Shown here: piece after piece, positions 43,276 to 53,972 of the stretch
How the letters are laid out: each line of letters starts with the position of its first letter
Position numbering within the stretch: position 1 is the stretch's first letter
Program-made: the position numbers and the translations under genes
Notes under the pieces: generated by a model
Database searches by the model: none
What the model saw: the letters and a program-made list of their open reading frames with translations, nothing else
What the model was told of the DNA's origin: nothing
From: Eubacteriales bacterium
Lineage (GTDB): Bacteria > Bacillota > Clostridia > Oscillospirales > RGIG5299
DNA length: 64,000 nt
Direction: 5' to 3'
Assembly (NCBI GenBank): GCA_045588575.1
Contig: JAZNEJ010000008.1
Span: forward strand, 108,060 to 172,059

Positions 43276-44184
43276 TTATGCGTCCTTTTGCTTTAAATAA
43301 TTTATTGCGGAATTTGCCGCCGATGCGCCGTCGCCTATTGCCGTTACAATTTGACGGCAGTTTTTCTTAACCGAGTCGCCTGCCGCAAATAAACCGCACG
43401 CCGAGGTAACACCCTCTCGGTCGGCAATAATATATCCGTTTTCATCGGTTATTTTAAATTCTTCTAAAAGCTCGGTTTTCGGATTTGCTCCGATTGCAAT
43501 GAAAACGCCGTCGGCAGCGTAAGATTTAACGCCTTGATTAGTTTTAATTAAAACCTCGTTAACCGACTTTTCTCCCTTTATTTCAAAAAGCTCGGCGCCG
43601 GTTATGAAATTAAGGTTTTCAACTTTTTTTGCGGCGTTTAAAACCGCATTTTCGGCACGGAATTCATCTCTTCTGTGAACCAGAAAAACCTCTTTGCAAA
43701 GAGAGGCAAGATAAAGCGCATCTTCAACCGCGGTGTTTCCGCCGCCAATTACAAAAACGGTTTTGCCTTTGTAAAATCCGCCGTCGCAAAGCGCGCAATA
43801 GGAAACGCCTCTGCCCGAAAATTCCGCCTCGCCCTTAACGCCAAGCATTTTTTTCTCGGTGCCTGCCGCAAAAATAACGGCATCGGCTTTCATTTCGTCC
43901 TTATTCGTTTTAACGGTAAAGCCGTTTTCTGTTTTTGTAAGAGATAAGACCTCTCGGTTAACCGTCTTTACGCCTGCTTTTACCGCCTGCGCCCGAATTT
44001 TTTCCGAAAGCTCAAACCCCGAAACAAGCTCAAAGCCGGGATAATTTTCAATTTCAAAAGTTTCGGTAATTTTTCCGCCGTAAAAAGCTTTTTCAAAAAC
44101 GGTAACGTCTACGGCGGCTCTTGCAAGATAAAGCGCCGCGGTAAGACCTGCCGGTCCGCCGCCTATTACTATTGCGTTTTTCAT
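43276..44184 (-). CDS. trxB: Thioredoxin-disulfide reductase
   Basis: IVIGGGPAGLTAALYLARA, redox CALCDG, GGGNTAVEDALYL and HRRDEFRA. Confidence 0.75.
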   Translation of the reverse strand: MKNAIVIGGGPAGLTAALYLARAAVDVTVFEKAFYGGKITETFEIENYPGFELVSGFELSEKIRAQAVKAGVKTVNREVLSLTKTENGFTVKTNKDEMKADAVIFAAGTEKKMLGVKGEAEFSGRGVSYCALCDGGFYKGKTVFVIGGGNTAVEDALYLASLCKEVFLVHRRDEFRAENAVLNAAKKVENLNFITGAELFEIKGEKSVNEVLIKTNQGVKSYAADGVFIAIGANPKTELLEEFKITDENGYIIADREGVTSACGLFAAGDSVKKNCRQIVTAIGDGASAANSAINYLKQKDA

Positions 44185-44195
44185 AAAATCAACTC

Positions 44196-45920
44196 CTATT
44201 TCACCCGTTTTCCTCTTAAAACAGGATTAAAAAGCTCATCCGAACGCTTTGCCAAGCTGCTTTTTCCAATAAAATTTTTAACGCTTTTGGCAATTAAGTT
44301 GCTCGGAATTTGCGATAATGAATTATCTATAACCGCCGTTAAAAATCTTTTGTTTGGAATTTCAGCCATCTTCAAGGTGATTTTTCCGTCATCTTTAAAA
44401 ATAAACGACATCGTTCTTGCATTTGAAAGCTCCAAAAACGAAAGCCTTAACTTTAAAACCGTTTCGTTTTTTCTGTTTTTATAAAAATCTCCTCTTATTG
44501 CCGTTTGAAAGCTTTCGTTAAAATAGTTAAATTCAGAAATTCTTTTTCTTTTAAAGCCAACGGGGAAGCTGTGGCTTATTCCGCCTTCGGAAAAAGTTAT
44601 TATAAAAACGTATTTCTTAACAGAAAAGGAAACGCCCGTTATGCCTTTCGTGTAGTTGCTCCTTAAAAGCGAAAGGGTTAGCGGCATTAAGCCCACCGAA
44701 GACGCCTTTCCCTCGTTTAGCTCGAAGCAAGCGCCGTTTAATGCTCTTGCCTCACGGGGCAAATCTATTAAAGTGAATTTTTCGTTTTTAAGACTTTTAA
44801 TATCTTTTTTAAGCTTAATTTCGCAAGTTAAGCTTTTCTTTTTTTCAATAGAATGCCCGAAAAAGCGGTTTGCAATAGCGTAAAACGGACCTTGCTGAAA
44901 CGTTTCGGCATTAGATGCGTTTGAAACGATTATAATATTATTTTCGGGGTAGGCGAGCATATTTTGCCCGAACATTCCGTTAAAAAGAAAGCTTTTAACG
45001 CTTTTGCCAACCCAAATATGATATCCGTATGCAAAATCGCCGTTTCCCTTAGGAAACATTTTCGGCGTTATTGCCTCTTTAATATAGCTTTCGGGAATTA
45101 GCTGCTCGCCGTTATATTTTCCGCCGTTTAAAACGAGTATGCCTATTTTTGCCATATCCTCCGGAAGCATATAAAGTCCCCAGCCGCCCATTTCAATATT
45201 TTTGCGGCACTTTTCCCAATAGAAATCGGTAATGCCAAGCGGCGAAAACAAACGCTTTGAAAGGAATTCGGAAATGCTCGTTTCGGTTATTTTTTTAACG
45301 AGCGCCGAAAGCACGAAGCTGTTCATGCTGTTGTAATCGAAGCTTTTTCCCGCAGGAAATTTTGAAGCCGATTCGAAAAAAGCGTTTAAAAAATCTTCTT
45401 CCGTTGCTGCGCCGAGCTCGTTAAAAACAACACCGCTTGACATAGTTAAAAGATGCCTTACCGTTAAATTCGGGCGGGTAATTCTTCCCAAAAACGAAAG
45501 CTCGGAAGCAAAAAAATCGCTAACCTTATCGTCGAGCGAAAGCTTTTTATCCCCTATTAAAATGCCAATTGCAAGCGAAACTATGCTTTTGCATTCCGAA
45601 TGGGTAACACGCCACGTATTAAGCGAATAATCGCCCCATTCGGCACCGGCAATAACAGCGCCGTCTTTAACAATCATAACCGAGTGCATATCAAGCTCGG
45701 GATTTTTGTTAAGCTCATCTAAAAACTCCGAAATAATTTGCGGAGAAACGTAGGCTGCCGAGGGCGTTTTTCGGGGAAGAGGAGAGATTTTTTCCGAAGC
45801 CTTAAACTTCGGCTTTTGCGGCCTGAACGGAAAAATAGGCTCGATAGGATTTTCAACGTCTAAAATACGGGAAAGAAGCTTTATTGTATTCGTTTGAAAC
45901 GTTATATCCGTAAAAATCAT
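44196..45920 (-). CDS. Serine hydrolase / beta-lactamase-family protein with C-terminal extension
   Basis: SECK (SxxK) near aa 108 and a class-C-like fold pattern (YNSMNSF). 574 aa. The C-terminal ~200 aa are unassigned. Confidence 0.6.
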   Translation of the reverse strand: MIFTDITFQTNTIKLLSRILDVENPIEPIFPFRPQKPKFKASEKISPLPRKTPSAAYVSPQIISEFLDELNKNPELDMHSVMIVKDGAVIAGAEWGDYSLNTWRVTHSECKSIVSLAIGILIGDKKLSLDDKVSDFFASELSFLGRITRPNLTVRHLLTMSSGVVFNELGAATEEDFLNAFFESASKFPAGKSFDYNSMNSFVLSALVKKITETSISEFLSKRLFSPLGITDFYWEKCRKNIEMGGWGLYMLPEDMAKIGILVLNGGKYNGEQLIPESYIKEAITPKMFPKGNGDFAYGYHIWVGKSVKSFLFNGMFGQNMLAYPENNIIIVSNASNAETFQQGPFYAIANRFFGHSIEKKKSLTCEIKLKKDIKSLKNEKFTLIDLPREARALNGACFELNEGKASSVGLMPLTLSLLRSNYTKGITGVSFSVKKYVFIITFSEGGISHSFPVGFKRKRISEFNYFNESFQTAIRGDFYKNRKNETVLKLRLSFLELSNARTMSFIFKDDGKITLKMAEIPNKRFLTAVIDNSLSQIPSNLIAKSVKNFIGKSSLAKRSDELFNPVLRGKRVK

Positions 45921-45958
45921 CTCCTTTTTTAATTGTTAACCGTTTTTAATAATTAAAA

Positions 45959-47158
45959 TCACAAAAGCTTTGCAATTTCCTCGCCGACAATTTGAGAACC
46001 GGTGATAATTTGCTCATCAGACGGAGTTGAATAATTAAGACGGAACGCCGAAACGGGAAGATTGGGGTTTGCCGCAAAGGCAACGCCGGGGACTATTGCA
46101 ACGTATCTCTTTAAAAGATTGTTTGCAAGAGCCAAAACGTCAAATCCTTCGGGAAGCTCTGCCCACATAAACAAACCGCCGTCGGGGTCGGTGTAGCTTA
46201 CCTTATCGGCAATTTTTGCAGATGAAGCAATAAGGCCGTCTCTCATAAGAGCGCATTTTTTGCGGTAAAGAGCCTGAATTTTTGCAATGTGCGCATCTAA
46301 ATCATATTTTTCAATATATTTATCGGCAAGAATTTGGAAAAATTGGTTTGTATGTACGTCAGAAACCTGCTTGGCAACGGTTAGCTTTGAAATTACCTGC
46401 TTGTTTGCCGAAACAAATCCCAAGCGGATGCCTGCCGAAAGAATTTTCGAAAAAGAACCGCAATAAATAACTCTGCCTTCGGTATCGAGCGACTTAATTG
46501 TGGCAACGTCCTCACCCTTAAAGCGAAGCTCACCGTAGGGGTTATCTTCAAGAATTATTATATTATATTTGCAAGCAAGACGGTAAATTTCCTTTCTTCT
46601 CTCAAGAGAAAGAGTTTTTCCCGTGGGGTTGTGGAAGGTGGGAATGGTGTATAAGAATTTAACGTTTTTCTCGGTTTTTAAAGCTTCTTCCAAGCTTTCG
46701 ATTATAATACCCTCGCTATCGGTTTTAACTCCTTTTAAATTTACGTTATAGGAGCGGAATGCGTTAAGCGCACCGATAAAAGACGGGTCCTCGCACAAAA
46801 CGGTGTCGTGCTCGTTACACAAAACTTTGCAGGTAAGCTCAATGCCCTGCTGACCGCCCGAGCAAACCATAACATCGTCGTCTTGTGAAACGCTGTTGAA
46901 TTTGGTTATAAGACGCTCTTTAATTTTTTCTCTCAAAGGAGTGTAGCCCTCGGTTATTCCGTATTGAAGCGCCGATGACGGCATTGTTTCAAAAATTTCG
47001 GAGGCAATTAACTTCATTTCCGAAACGGGAAAAGATTCGGGCGCGGGGTTTCCTGCCGAAAAGGCTATCATTTTAGGGTCGGAGCCGTATTTTAAAATTT
47101 CTCTTATTGCGCTTGGCTTTAAACCCGAAATTCTTTCTGAAAAAACGTAATCCATCAT
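45959..47158 (-). CDS. PLP-dependent aminotransferase (class I/II)
   Basis: SAGNPAPESFP and GSFSKILSAGIRLGF (PLP lysine). ATG at 47158 has AAGGAG upstream and an ATGA overlap with the rsmA stop. Confidence 0.8.
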   Translation of the reverse strand: MMDYVFSERISGLKPSAIREILKYGSDPKMIAFSAGNPAPESFPVSEMKLIASEIFETMPSSALQYGITEGYTPLREKIKERLITKFNSVSQDDDVMVCSGGQQGIELTCKVLCNEHDTVLCEDPSFIGALNAFRSYNVNLKGVKTDSEGIIIESLEEALKTEKNVKFLYTIPTFHNPTGKTLSLERRKEIYRLACKYNIIILEDNPYGELRFKGEDVATIKSLDTEGRVIYCGSFSKILSAGIRLGFVSANKQVISKLTVAKQVSDVHTNQFFQILADKYIEKYDLDAHIAKIQALYRKKCALMRDGLIASSAKIADKVSYTDPDGGLFMWAELPEGFDVLALANNLLKRYVAIVPGVAFAANPNLPVSAFRLNYSTPSDEQIITGSQIVGEEIAKLL

Positions 47159-48024
47159 TTTGTCTCCTTTAAATCTGTTAAAAATCCGCAAATTGCGGCA
47201 AAATTTTCAAGTGTTAGCTTTTCGCCTCTGACGTCGCTTCGAAGACCTGCAAACTCAATTGCTTTTGCAATTTCTTGCTTTGAAAAAGCGGAAAATCGGT
47301 TTGAAAGCGAGTTTAAAAGCTGTTTTCTTCTTTGGCCGAATGCCGCCGAAATAATTTCGAAAAAGAATTTTTCATCTTTAACCGAAACTCTCGGTTTTGG
47401 AAGAAGCTCAAGCGAAATAACCGAGGACGTTACCTTTGGCTGCGGAATAAATGCCGAGGGCGGAACGTCGAAAAGCTTTTTGGCATTGGCTCGGTATGAA
47501 ACGGCGGCGGTAATTGCGCCGCAATCCTCACTTCCGCATTTTGCGGTGAGCCTTAAAGCAACCTCCTTTTGCACCATAACTGTAATGGACGCAATATCGG
47601 CGTTTGATTCCAAAAGCGAGGTTATAACGGGTGTGGTTATGTAATAAGGCAAATTTGCGGCAACGTTAACCGGTCCGCCGCCAAATTGCTCCTTTATAAG
47701 CTCGTTTATATTTATTTTTAAAATATCGGTGTTTAAAACGGTAACGTTTTCACAGTCGGCAAGCGTTTCCTCTAAAACGGGAATAACGGCTCTGTCTATT
47801 TCAACCGAAACTACCTTTTGATAGCATTTTGAAAGCTCGCGTGTTAAAACGCCAAAGCCGGGACCAACCTCAATAACGTTTTTAACGCCGTTTGATGCCG
47901 ATTTTTCTGCCGTTTGATAAACCACGCTTTCATCGGTTAAGAAATTTTGGCCGAGTGATTTTGAAAACCTGAATCCGTAAGCGGCGGCAAGCCGCTTTAT
48001 TTCGTTTATATCGGTAAGCTTCAT
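47155..48024 (-). CDS. rsmA: 16S rRNA (adenine1518/1519-N6)-dimethyltransferase
   Basis: FSKSLGQNFL, EVGPGFGVLT and ANLPYYITTP. Start taken at MKLTDINE (48024). Confidence 0.9.
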   Translation of the reverse strand: MKLTDINEIKRLAAAYGFRFSKSLGQNFLTDESVVYQTAEKSASNGVKNVIEVGPGFGVLTRELSKCYQKVVSVEIDRAVIPVLEETLADCENVTVLNTDILKININELIKEQFGGGPVNVAANLPYYITTPVITSLLESNADIASITVMVQKEVALRLTAKCGSEDCGAITAAVSYRANAKKLFDVPPSAFIPQPKVTSSVISLELLPKPRVSVKDEKFFFEIISAAFGQRRKQLLNSLSNRFSAFSKQEIAKAIEFAGLRSDVRGEKLTLENFAAICGFLTDLKETK

Positions 48025-48025
48025 A

Positions 48026-49555
48026 TTATCTGTTCCAATACTTTCTGTCGAGACTGCGATATTGAAGCGCTTCGGCAATATCGCTTTTTAAAACGCCGTT
48101 ATGACCGTTTAAATCTGAAACGGTGAGCGCAATTTTTAAAATTTTATCGTAAGAACGGGCTGTTAGGGCAAGCTTTTCGAAAACGGTTTTTAAAAAATCC
48201 TCGGTTTCCTTATCGAGCCTTGCCGCTTCGTGAAGAATTTGCCCCGAAAGATTTGCGTTTGAAAAAACTCCTGCCGCCGTTAAACGTTCTTTTCCTCTTT
48301 CTCTTGCTTCAATTACTCTTTTTCGAATTTCTGCCGAGCTTTCGGCTCTTGAAAGCGAGGAAAGCTCCTCAAATTCGGGCGCAGGCACCTCAACGTGAAG
48401 GTCTAGGCGGTCTAAAAGCGGCCCTGAAATTTTTTGCAAATAATTAGAAACGGATGAAGAAGAGCAAACGCATTTTTTGGTGGGATGCCCAAAATATCCG
48501 CATCGGCACGGATTCATTGCCGCAACTATTAAAATATCGGATGGGTAGGTAACCGTTACCGCCGCTCTTGAAACGGTTATTTTTCTATCCTCTAACGGTT
48601 GACGGAGCGATTCCAAGCTCGATTTTTGAAACTCGGGAAGCTCATCTAAAAACAAAACGCCGTTATGCGCAAGCGAAATTTCACCGGGACGCGGCACCGA
48701 GCCACCGCCCGTTAAGCCTGCCGTTGTTGCAGTGTGATGCGGTGAACGGAACGGTCTTTCGGTTATAATGGGCATTTTGGGGCTTAAAAGCCCCGCAACC
48801 GAATAAATTTTAGTGGTTTCGAGCGATTCCTCATAGCTTATTGGCGGCAAAATCGTGGGAAGCCTTTTTGCAAGCATACTTTTGCCCGAGCCGGGAGGGC
48901 CGATAAGCAACACGTTATGTCCGCCCACGGCGGCAATTTCCATTGCCCTTTTAGCCATATTCTGACCTTTAACGTCGGCAAAGTCGAGCCCTGCGTTTTC
49001 AGAGAAGGTGGGCATAAACGGTTGATGAACTATTTTTTTAAGCGGTTTTTTTCCCGAAACGTGAGAAACAACCTCTTTAACCGTTTCGGCACCGAGTGCG
49101 TTGGTTTCTTTAACGGCAGACGCCTCAAAAGCGTTTATTGCGGGAACTATAATTTCGTCAAATCCCAGTTCCTTTGCGGAAATAACCGAAGGAAGCACGC
49201 CCTTGGTTTTGCAAAGCTCGCCGTTTAACGAAAGCTCTCCCAAAACGGCGGTTTTTTCGCTTGCCTTCGCGCCCTGACCGCTTGCGATTATAAGCGCAAG
49301 ACAAATTGCAAGGTCAAACGCCGAGCCTTCCTTTCGAAGATAAGCCGGCGCCAAATTAACGGTTATTTTCCCTTCGGGGAAGAAATAGCCGCTGTTTATC
49401 ATAGCAAAACGCACCCGTTCTTTAGATTCCTTAACGGTTGCGTCGGGCAATCCGACTATATCGAAGGATGATTTCCCTTCGGTGAAGTCGGCCTCTATTT
49501 TTACTTTATGACCGTTTATGCCGGTTAGACCAACAGACCATACGGTTGCATACAT
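48026..49555 (-). CDS. comM: YifB/ComM family Mg-chelatase-like AAA+ ATPase
   Basis: LIGPPGSGKSMLAKRLP, GVLFLDELPEF and an N-terminal Lon-protease-like domain. 509 aa. Confidence 0.9.
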   Translation of the reverse strand: MYATVWSVGLTGINGHKVKIEADFTEGKSSFDIVGLPDATVKESKERVRFAMINSGYFFPEGKITVNLAPAYLRKEGSAFDLAICLALIIASGQGAKASEKTAVLGELSLNGELCKTKGVLPSVISAKELGFDEIIVPAINAFEASAVKETNALGAETVKEVVSHVSGKKPLKKIVHQPFMPTFSENAGLDFADVKGQNMAKRAMEIAAVGGHNVLLIGPPGSGKSMLAKRLPTILPPISYEESLETTKIYSVAGLLSPKMPIITERPFRSPHHTATTAGLTGGGSVPRPGEISLAHNGVLFLDELPEFQKSSLESLRQPLEDRKITVSRAAVTVTYPSDILIVAAMNPCRCGYFGHPTKKCVCSSSSVSNYLQKISGPLLDRLDLHVEVPAPEFEELSSLSRAESSAEIRKRVIEARERGKERLTAAGVFSNANLSGQILHEAARLDKETEDFLKTVFEKLALTARSYDKILKIALTVSDLNGHNGVLKSDIAEALQYRSLDRKYWNR

Positions 49556-49580
49556 AATAAAACGACCTTTTTAAACAAAA

Positions 49581-50078
49581 TCAGTAGCCGAATTTTGAGC
49601 CGAGAGAATCGTCTTTGTAAATCCAATCTCTAACGTCAACAACGCTGTATTCGTCCTGCGTGTTTCTTATAACGACCTTGGTAATGCCCGCATTGATTAT
49701 AAGACGCTTGCACATTGCGCAAGAGCTTGCGTTTTCAACGAGCTCGCCCGTTTTTGCATCTCTGCCAACGAGATAAAGCGTTGCGCCGAGCATTTCTTCT
49801 CTGGATGCGGCGATTATTGCGTTTGCTTCAGCGTGAACCGAGCGGCAAAGCTCGTATCTTTCGCCTCTTGCAACGTTTAATTTTTCACGAATGCACTCAC
49901 CGAGGTCTATGCAGTTTTTTCTGCCTCTGGGAGCGCCGGTGTAGCCGGTTGAAATAATGCTATCGTTTTTAACGATTATTGCGCCGAAGTTTCTGCGAAG
50001 ACAAGTGCCTCTTTCAAGCACCGTTTCGGCAATGTCGAGATAGTAGTTTTCTTTGTCGCGTCTTTCCAAAATGAACAC
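49581..50078 (-). CDS. comEB: dCMP deaminase family protein (ComEB-like)
   Basis: HAEANAI and CAMCKRLI zinc-binding motifs. 165 aa. Confidence 0.8.
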   Translation of the reverse strand: MFILERRDKENYYLDIAETVLERGTCLRRNFGAIIVKNDSIISTGYTGAPRGRKNCIDLGECIREKLNVARGERYELCRSVHAEANAIIAASREEMLGATLYLVGRDAKTGELVENASSCAMCKRLIINAGITKVVIRNTQDEYSVVDVRDWIYKDDSLGSKFGY

Positions 50079-50094
50079 GTCCTTTTCTTTATTT

Positions 50095-51219
50095 TTATAT
50101 TAAATCCGAATGTAAAACCGTAACTTCACCGTTTAAGGTGATGCGGAAAACGCCGTAACGAGAGCTGTTCTCTCCTTGTTGCTCAACGGTGAGCCAAATA
50201 TATTTTTTATCGGCATCAAACGATAAAACCTTTAAATTTTCATAGCCCTGAAGAGAATAGAAGCTGTTAAGCGCTCCGTTTTTTAAGTTAACCTTTCCTA
50301 TTGCAAGATTTCCCTCGGAAAGAATTAAGCCGTAAACGTTATTTGAGCAAACTGCGGCACGACTAAGCTCAACCGAATATTCGTTATTATCGCGCGAGTT
50401 TATGAGCTTAACCTTAACTTCTGTGTCTTTAAACAGCATAACGCCGTTTTCTTTAAAGAAATTAACACCCAAAACCTTCTTTTCGGGCTCGTTTTCAAAA
50501 ATAAGCGTTATTTCCTGCTTGGCTATATCGTAGCAGTAAAGCTTATCGGCTTTTAAAGCGTAAATGCAGCCCTTTGCAAAATAAAGCTCCGAAACGGGAT
50601 TTCTATCGTTATAAATCAAGGTAACCAAGCTATCGTTTTTGCCGTTTAAATCGCACTTTTTAAGCTGTGAAGGATTGTTTTCGTCTACGTAATAAATTAA
50701 GCCGTTTGCAATTACCGCGGCGTTTACACCCTCTTTAACAAGCTGCTTGTTTTTGGAATCCGAAAGGGTAAAATCACTTTTATAAAGCGTTGCGTTTGAA
50801 ATATAGTAAATTTCATTTCCGAAAAGAGCAAACGGTATGGGCTTGCCCTCTTTTAAATAAAGCGAGCCTTGGGTTTCCTCGGTTGCGAGATTATATGAAA
50901 CGAAATTAACGCCCGAATTATAAAATACGTTATCGCCTATTGCCTTGGGAGAAACGGAAAAATTTGCATTTTTCGGCGCAAGCTCTCCAAAAAGGAAAAC
51001 GAAAAAGCCCAAAAGAGCAAAAACCGAAACGATTGCAAGCGTTAAAAAAAGCTTGAATTTCTTATTTTGAGGCGCTTGATTAACCTCTTCGTTAATCACC
51101 GTTTCGTTTTCGGGCTTAATAACCTCATCAGGCGGCAAAAGAGCCGTTGTTTCGGTTCCGCAATGCGAGCACACAACGTCGAATTCTTTTAACTCTTTTC
51201 CGCATTTAGCGCATTTCAT
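50095..51219 (-). CDS. Zinc-ribbon, single-pass membrane protein with repeat-rich (DUF5050-like beta-propeller?) ectodomain
   Basis: MKCAKCGK...CSHCG, a TM helix (LFLTLAIVSVFALLGFFVFLF), and repeated Y-rich beta-strand units. ATG at 51219 has GGAGGA 7 nt upstream. Confidence 0.45.
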   Translation of the reverse strand: MKCAKCGKELKEFDVVCSHCGTETTALLPPDEVIKPENETVINEEVNQAPQNKKFKLFLTLAIVSVFALLGFFVFLFGELAPKNANFSVSPKAIGDNVFYNSGVNFVSYNLATEETQGSLYLKEGKPIPFALFGNEIYYISNATLYKSDFTLSDSKNKQLVKEGVNAAVIANGLIYYVDENNPSQLKKCDLNGKNDSLVTLIYNDRNPVSELYFAKGCIYALKADKLYCYDIAKQEITLIFENEPEKKVLGVNFFKENGVMLFKDTEVKVKLINSRDNNEYSVELSRAAVCSNNVYGLILSEGNLAIGKVNLKNGALNSFYSLQGYENLKVLSFDADKKYIWLTVEQQGENSSRYGVFRITLNGEVTVLHSDLI

Positions 51220-51352
51220 TTTAAAATCCTCCAAAAAAACTTATATATATTTATTATACAATACACCTAAATATAAATCAAGAAAAAAACTTAAAATCGC
51301 AAAAAAGAGCAACATAACATAAAATAATAATAAAACAATCGGAGGAAGATAT

Positions 51353-52033
51353 ATGACAACGGTTTTGGTATATAACAATGCAACCAGCAGAATTGAAAGA
51401 TATTACAAGGAAGAAAACGAGCCTATGCCCTACACCTCAAACCGCTATTTAACGGTGGGTGAATTCAGGGGAAGCTCAAAGGCAAGAATAATTTGGACCG
51501 ACAGACGTTATATGGAAACCTTTAACGCTTTCAGGCGCTATTACGGCAAAATTATTCCCGTGGGTTACGCTTTCAAAAGAATTTGGGAGGGCGGCCACGG
51601 AAAGCAAAGCCAACACTATGCGGGCGGCTCGTTTGACTGCGGTCAAACGTTAAGTGCCGCGGCGCGACGTCAGCTTTGGAACGCCGCCAAAAATTTCGGC
51701 AGATGGAGTTACGTTGAGCCGCAAAGCTTAACGCCGAGCTGGGTACATTTTGATAAGCGTCTTTCACCGCCCGCCTGCTCTACCGGCGGATATATAAGAG
51801 TTTCCTACGGCTCACGGGGAGTTTACGTACTTATTTTGCAAGACGCTCTTAACGCCTTGGGCTTTACCGGCAGCGGCTTAGACGGCATTTTCGGACAAAG
51901 AACGCTTAACGCTTTAAGAAGCTTTCAGCGCCAAAACGGTCTTGCGGTTGACGGCATTTGCGGCTGTCAGAGCTGGCGAAGCATTACAAATCAGGTTGTG
52001 GGAATTGGCAAAACCCCAACCGTTATAGACTAG
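51353..52033 (+). CDS. Peptidase M15-like domain protein with C-terminal peptidoglycan-binding domain
   Basis: SQHYAGGSFD...WVHFD resembles the SxHxxGxAxD...H.D zinc site of M15 peptidases. The C-terminal LDGIFGQRTLNALRSFQRQNGLAVDGICG is a PG_binding_1 motif. Confidence 0.6.
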   Translation: MTTVLVYNNATSRIERYYKEENEPMPYTSNRYLTVGEFRGSSKARIIWTDRRYMETFNAFRRYYGKIIPVGYAFKRIWEGGHGKQSQHYAGGSFDCGQTLSAAARRQLWNAAKNFGRWSYVEPQSLTPSWVHFDKRLSPPACSTGGYIRVSYGSRGVYVLILQDALNALGFTGSGLDGIFGQRTLNALRSFQRQNGLAVDGICGCQSWRSITNQVVGIGKTPTVID

Positions 52034-52117
52034 CCCCATATATTTTCGGCACGCTTTTCTTTAAAAAGAAGAGGCACAAGCCCAAAGGGCTTGTGCCTTA
52101 ATAATTTAAAAATAAAA

Positions 52118-52753
52118 TTATTTCGTGCCGAAAATTCTGTCGCCTGCATCGCCAAGACCGGGGACTATGTAGCCGTGGTCGTTTAAGCAATCATCGATAT
52201 CGGCGCAGTAAAGCTGAATGTCGGGGTGGTCGCCGATTAAGCGCTCAATGCCCTCGGGAGCTGCGAGAATACAAAGGAACTTAATTTTCTTTGCACCGTA
52301 GTTTTTAAGGAACTGAACGGCAGCCGATGCGCTTCCGCCCGTTGCAAGCATGGGGTCTAAAAGCAAAACGTCTCTTTCCGCAATGTCGGAAGGAAGCTTG
52401 CAGTAATATTCAACGGGAGCGAGCGATTCGGGGTCGCGGTAAAGGCCTATATGTCCTACCTTTGCCGAGGGAATGAGGCCTATGAGTGAATCGGTCATTC
52501 CGAGACCTGCTCTTAAAATGGGAACGAGAGCAAGCTTTTTGCCCGAAAGAACCTTGGCGTGCTTTATTCCAACGGGAGTTTCAACGTCCTTATCGGCAAG
52601 AGCCAAATCTCTGGTTGCTTCGTAGCCCAAAAGAAGAGAAATTTCGCCGATAAGCTCTCTGAATTCTTTAACGCTTGTGTCTTTATTTCTTAAAATTGCA
52701 AGCTTGTGCTGTACCAACGGGTGTTTTACGTGCATTACGTTTTTCATTTCCAT
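52118..52753 (-). CDS. upp: Uracil phosphoribosyltransferase
   Basis: [21 protein letters not shown] and [18 protein letters not shown]. Confidence 0.95.
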   Translation of the reverse strand: MEMKNVMHVKHPLVQHKLAILRNKDTSVKEFRELIGEISLLLGYEATRDLALADKDVETPVGIKHAKVLSGKKLALVPILRAGLGMTDSLIGLIPSAKVGHIGLYRDPESLAPVEYYCKLPSDIAERDVLLLDPMLATGGSASAAVQFLKNYGAKKIKFLCILAAPEGIERLIGDHPDIQLYCADIDDCLNDHGYIVPGLGDAGDRIFGTK

Positions 52754-52776
52754 TTTACATTACCTCTTAACAATTT

Positions 52777-53214
52777 TTATTTTTCTTCGTAATCGGAAAT
52801 CATATCAATTCTCTTTTGATGTCTGCCGCCCTCGAAGGGAGTATCTAAGAAGAGGTCGACCATATCGCATGCAAGACCGGGGCCAACAACTCTGCCGCCC
52901 ATGCAAAGAACGTTTGCATCGTTATGCATTCTGGTAAATCTTGCGGAGAAGGTGTCTGAACAGCAAGCCGCTCTAACGCCCTTAACCTTATTTGCTGCCA
53001 TTGAAATACCAATGCCGGTTCCGCAAACCAAAATGCCAAGCTCGCATTCGCCTTTTGCAACCGCTTCGCCTACTTTAAATCCGTAGGTGGGGTAATCAAC
53101 CGATGCCTCTGAAAGAGTTCCGTAGTCCTTGTATTCGATGTTTCTTTCATCGAGATGCTTTTTAATTGCTTCTTTTAAAGTAAATCCGCCGTGGTCGCTG
53201 CCTATTGCTATCAT
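52777..53214 (-). CDS. rpiB: Ribose-5-phosphate isomerase B
   Basis: IAIGSDHGGF, GILVCGTGIGISMAANK and HNDANVLCMG. Confidence 0.93.
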   Translation of the reverse strand: MIAIGSDHGGFTLKEAIKKHLDERNIEYKDYGTLSEASVDYPTYGFKVGEAVAKGECELGILVCGTGIGISMAANKVKGVRAACCSDTFSARFTRMHNDANVLCMGGRVVGPGLACDMVDLFLDTPFEGGRHQKRIDMISDYEEK

Positions 53215-53258
53215 TTTTCATTGCTCCTTTTTATATTTTTATACTCATTGTATAATTT

Positions 53259-53972
53259 TTAATATTTTGCGTGCTCCGCCTGTTTTCTTTCAAGGTCAAG
53301 CTGCGCCTGCTCCGCCTGTGAAAGACCTAAATAAAACGGCGCGAGGCTTTCGGCGGGAATCGCCGTTTTTGTTGCCGCAATTCTGCAAACGTTTTCGGCA
53401 TCGGTAAAAAGATTTTCCGAAAGAATAAAAACGTTTGAAAATTCGGGCTTGTTTTCTTTTACGAGATTATAAAATTCCTCGGCGCCTTCGCCCGTAACCG
53501 CTATTTTAAGCGAAGTGCCAATTCTTTCTAAAATTTCCTCGTAACCGTAAAGAGAGTCCTCCCAAAGCTTGCCTGCGCCGCCGTAGAAATCAAAAAGCGA
53601 GCAGTAAAAGCGTTTGTTTCGGGCGCTCATAACCGATAACACCAAATCGTGCGATTTTCTTGCGTTATAAGCCGCCGCAGTAATTGAAGAAACGCCGCAA
53701 GTGAGAATGTTTTTAGGCATTGCAAGACCTTTAACAACCGAAACGCCGATTCTAACGCCCGTAAACGAGCCCGGACCTGCGGTAACGCCTATTACCGAAA
53801 TATCGTCAAGAGTGAGCTTTGCTTCTTTTAACACCTCGTCGATAAGCGGCATAAGGGTTTCGGCGTGCCCCTTCGAGCTTGTGTTCATTTTTTTAGAAAG
53901 AGTAATATCGTAAACCTCGTCGTAAACTGCGGCCGAAACGGTTTTGCCTGCCGCATCTATTCCTAAAATCAT
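53259..53972 (-). CDS. tsaB: tRNA t6A biosynthesis protein TsaB
   Basis: ILGIDAAG and GPGSFTGVRIGVS, upstream-adjacent to tsaE. Confidence 0.85.
   Translation of the reverse strand: MILGIDAAGKTVSAAVYDEVYDITLSKKMNTSSKGHAETLMPLIDEVLKEAKLTLDDISVIGVTAGPGSFTGVRIGVSVVKGLAMPKNILTCGVSSITAAAYNARKSHDLVLSVMSARNKRFYCSLFDFYGGAGKLWEDSLYGYEEILERIGTSLKIAVTGEGAEEFYNLVKENKPEFSNVFILSENLFTDAENVCRIAATKTAIPAESLAPFYLGLSQAEQAQLDLERKQAEHAKY

Noticed and set aside
42151-47158. The amidohydrolase / thioredoxin reductase / beta-lactamase-like hydrolase / aminotransferase run as a dedicated pathway or an extension of the accessory locus.
   Set aside because: The genes are tightly packed and co-oriented, but they are on the opposite strand from the locus and separated from it by a terminator. 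They continue straight into housekeeping genes (rsmA, comM). I cannot derive a coherent pathway from motifs alone.
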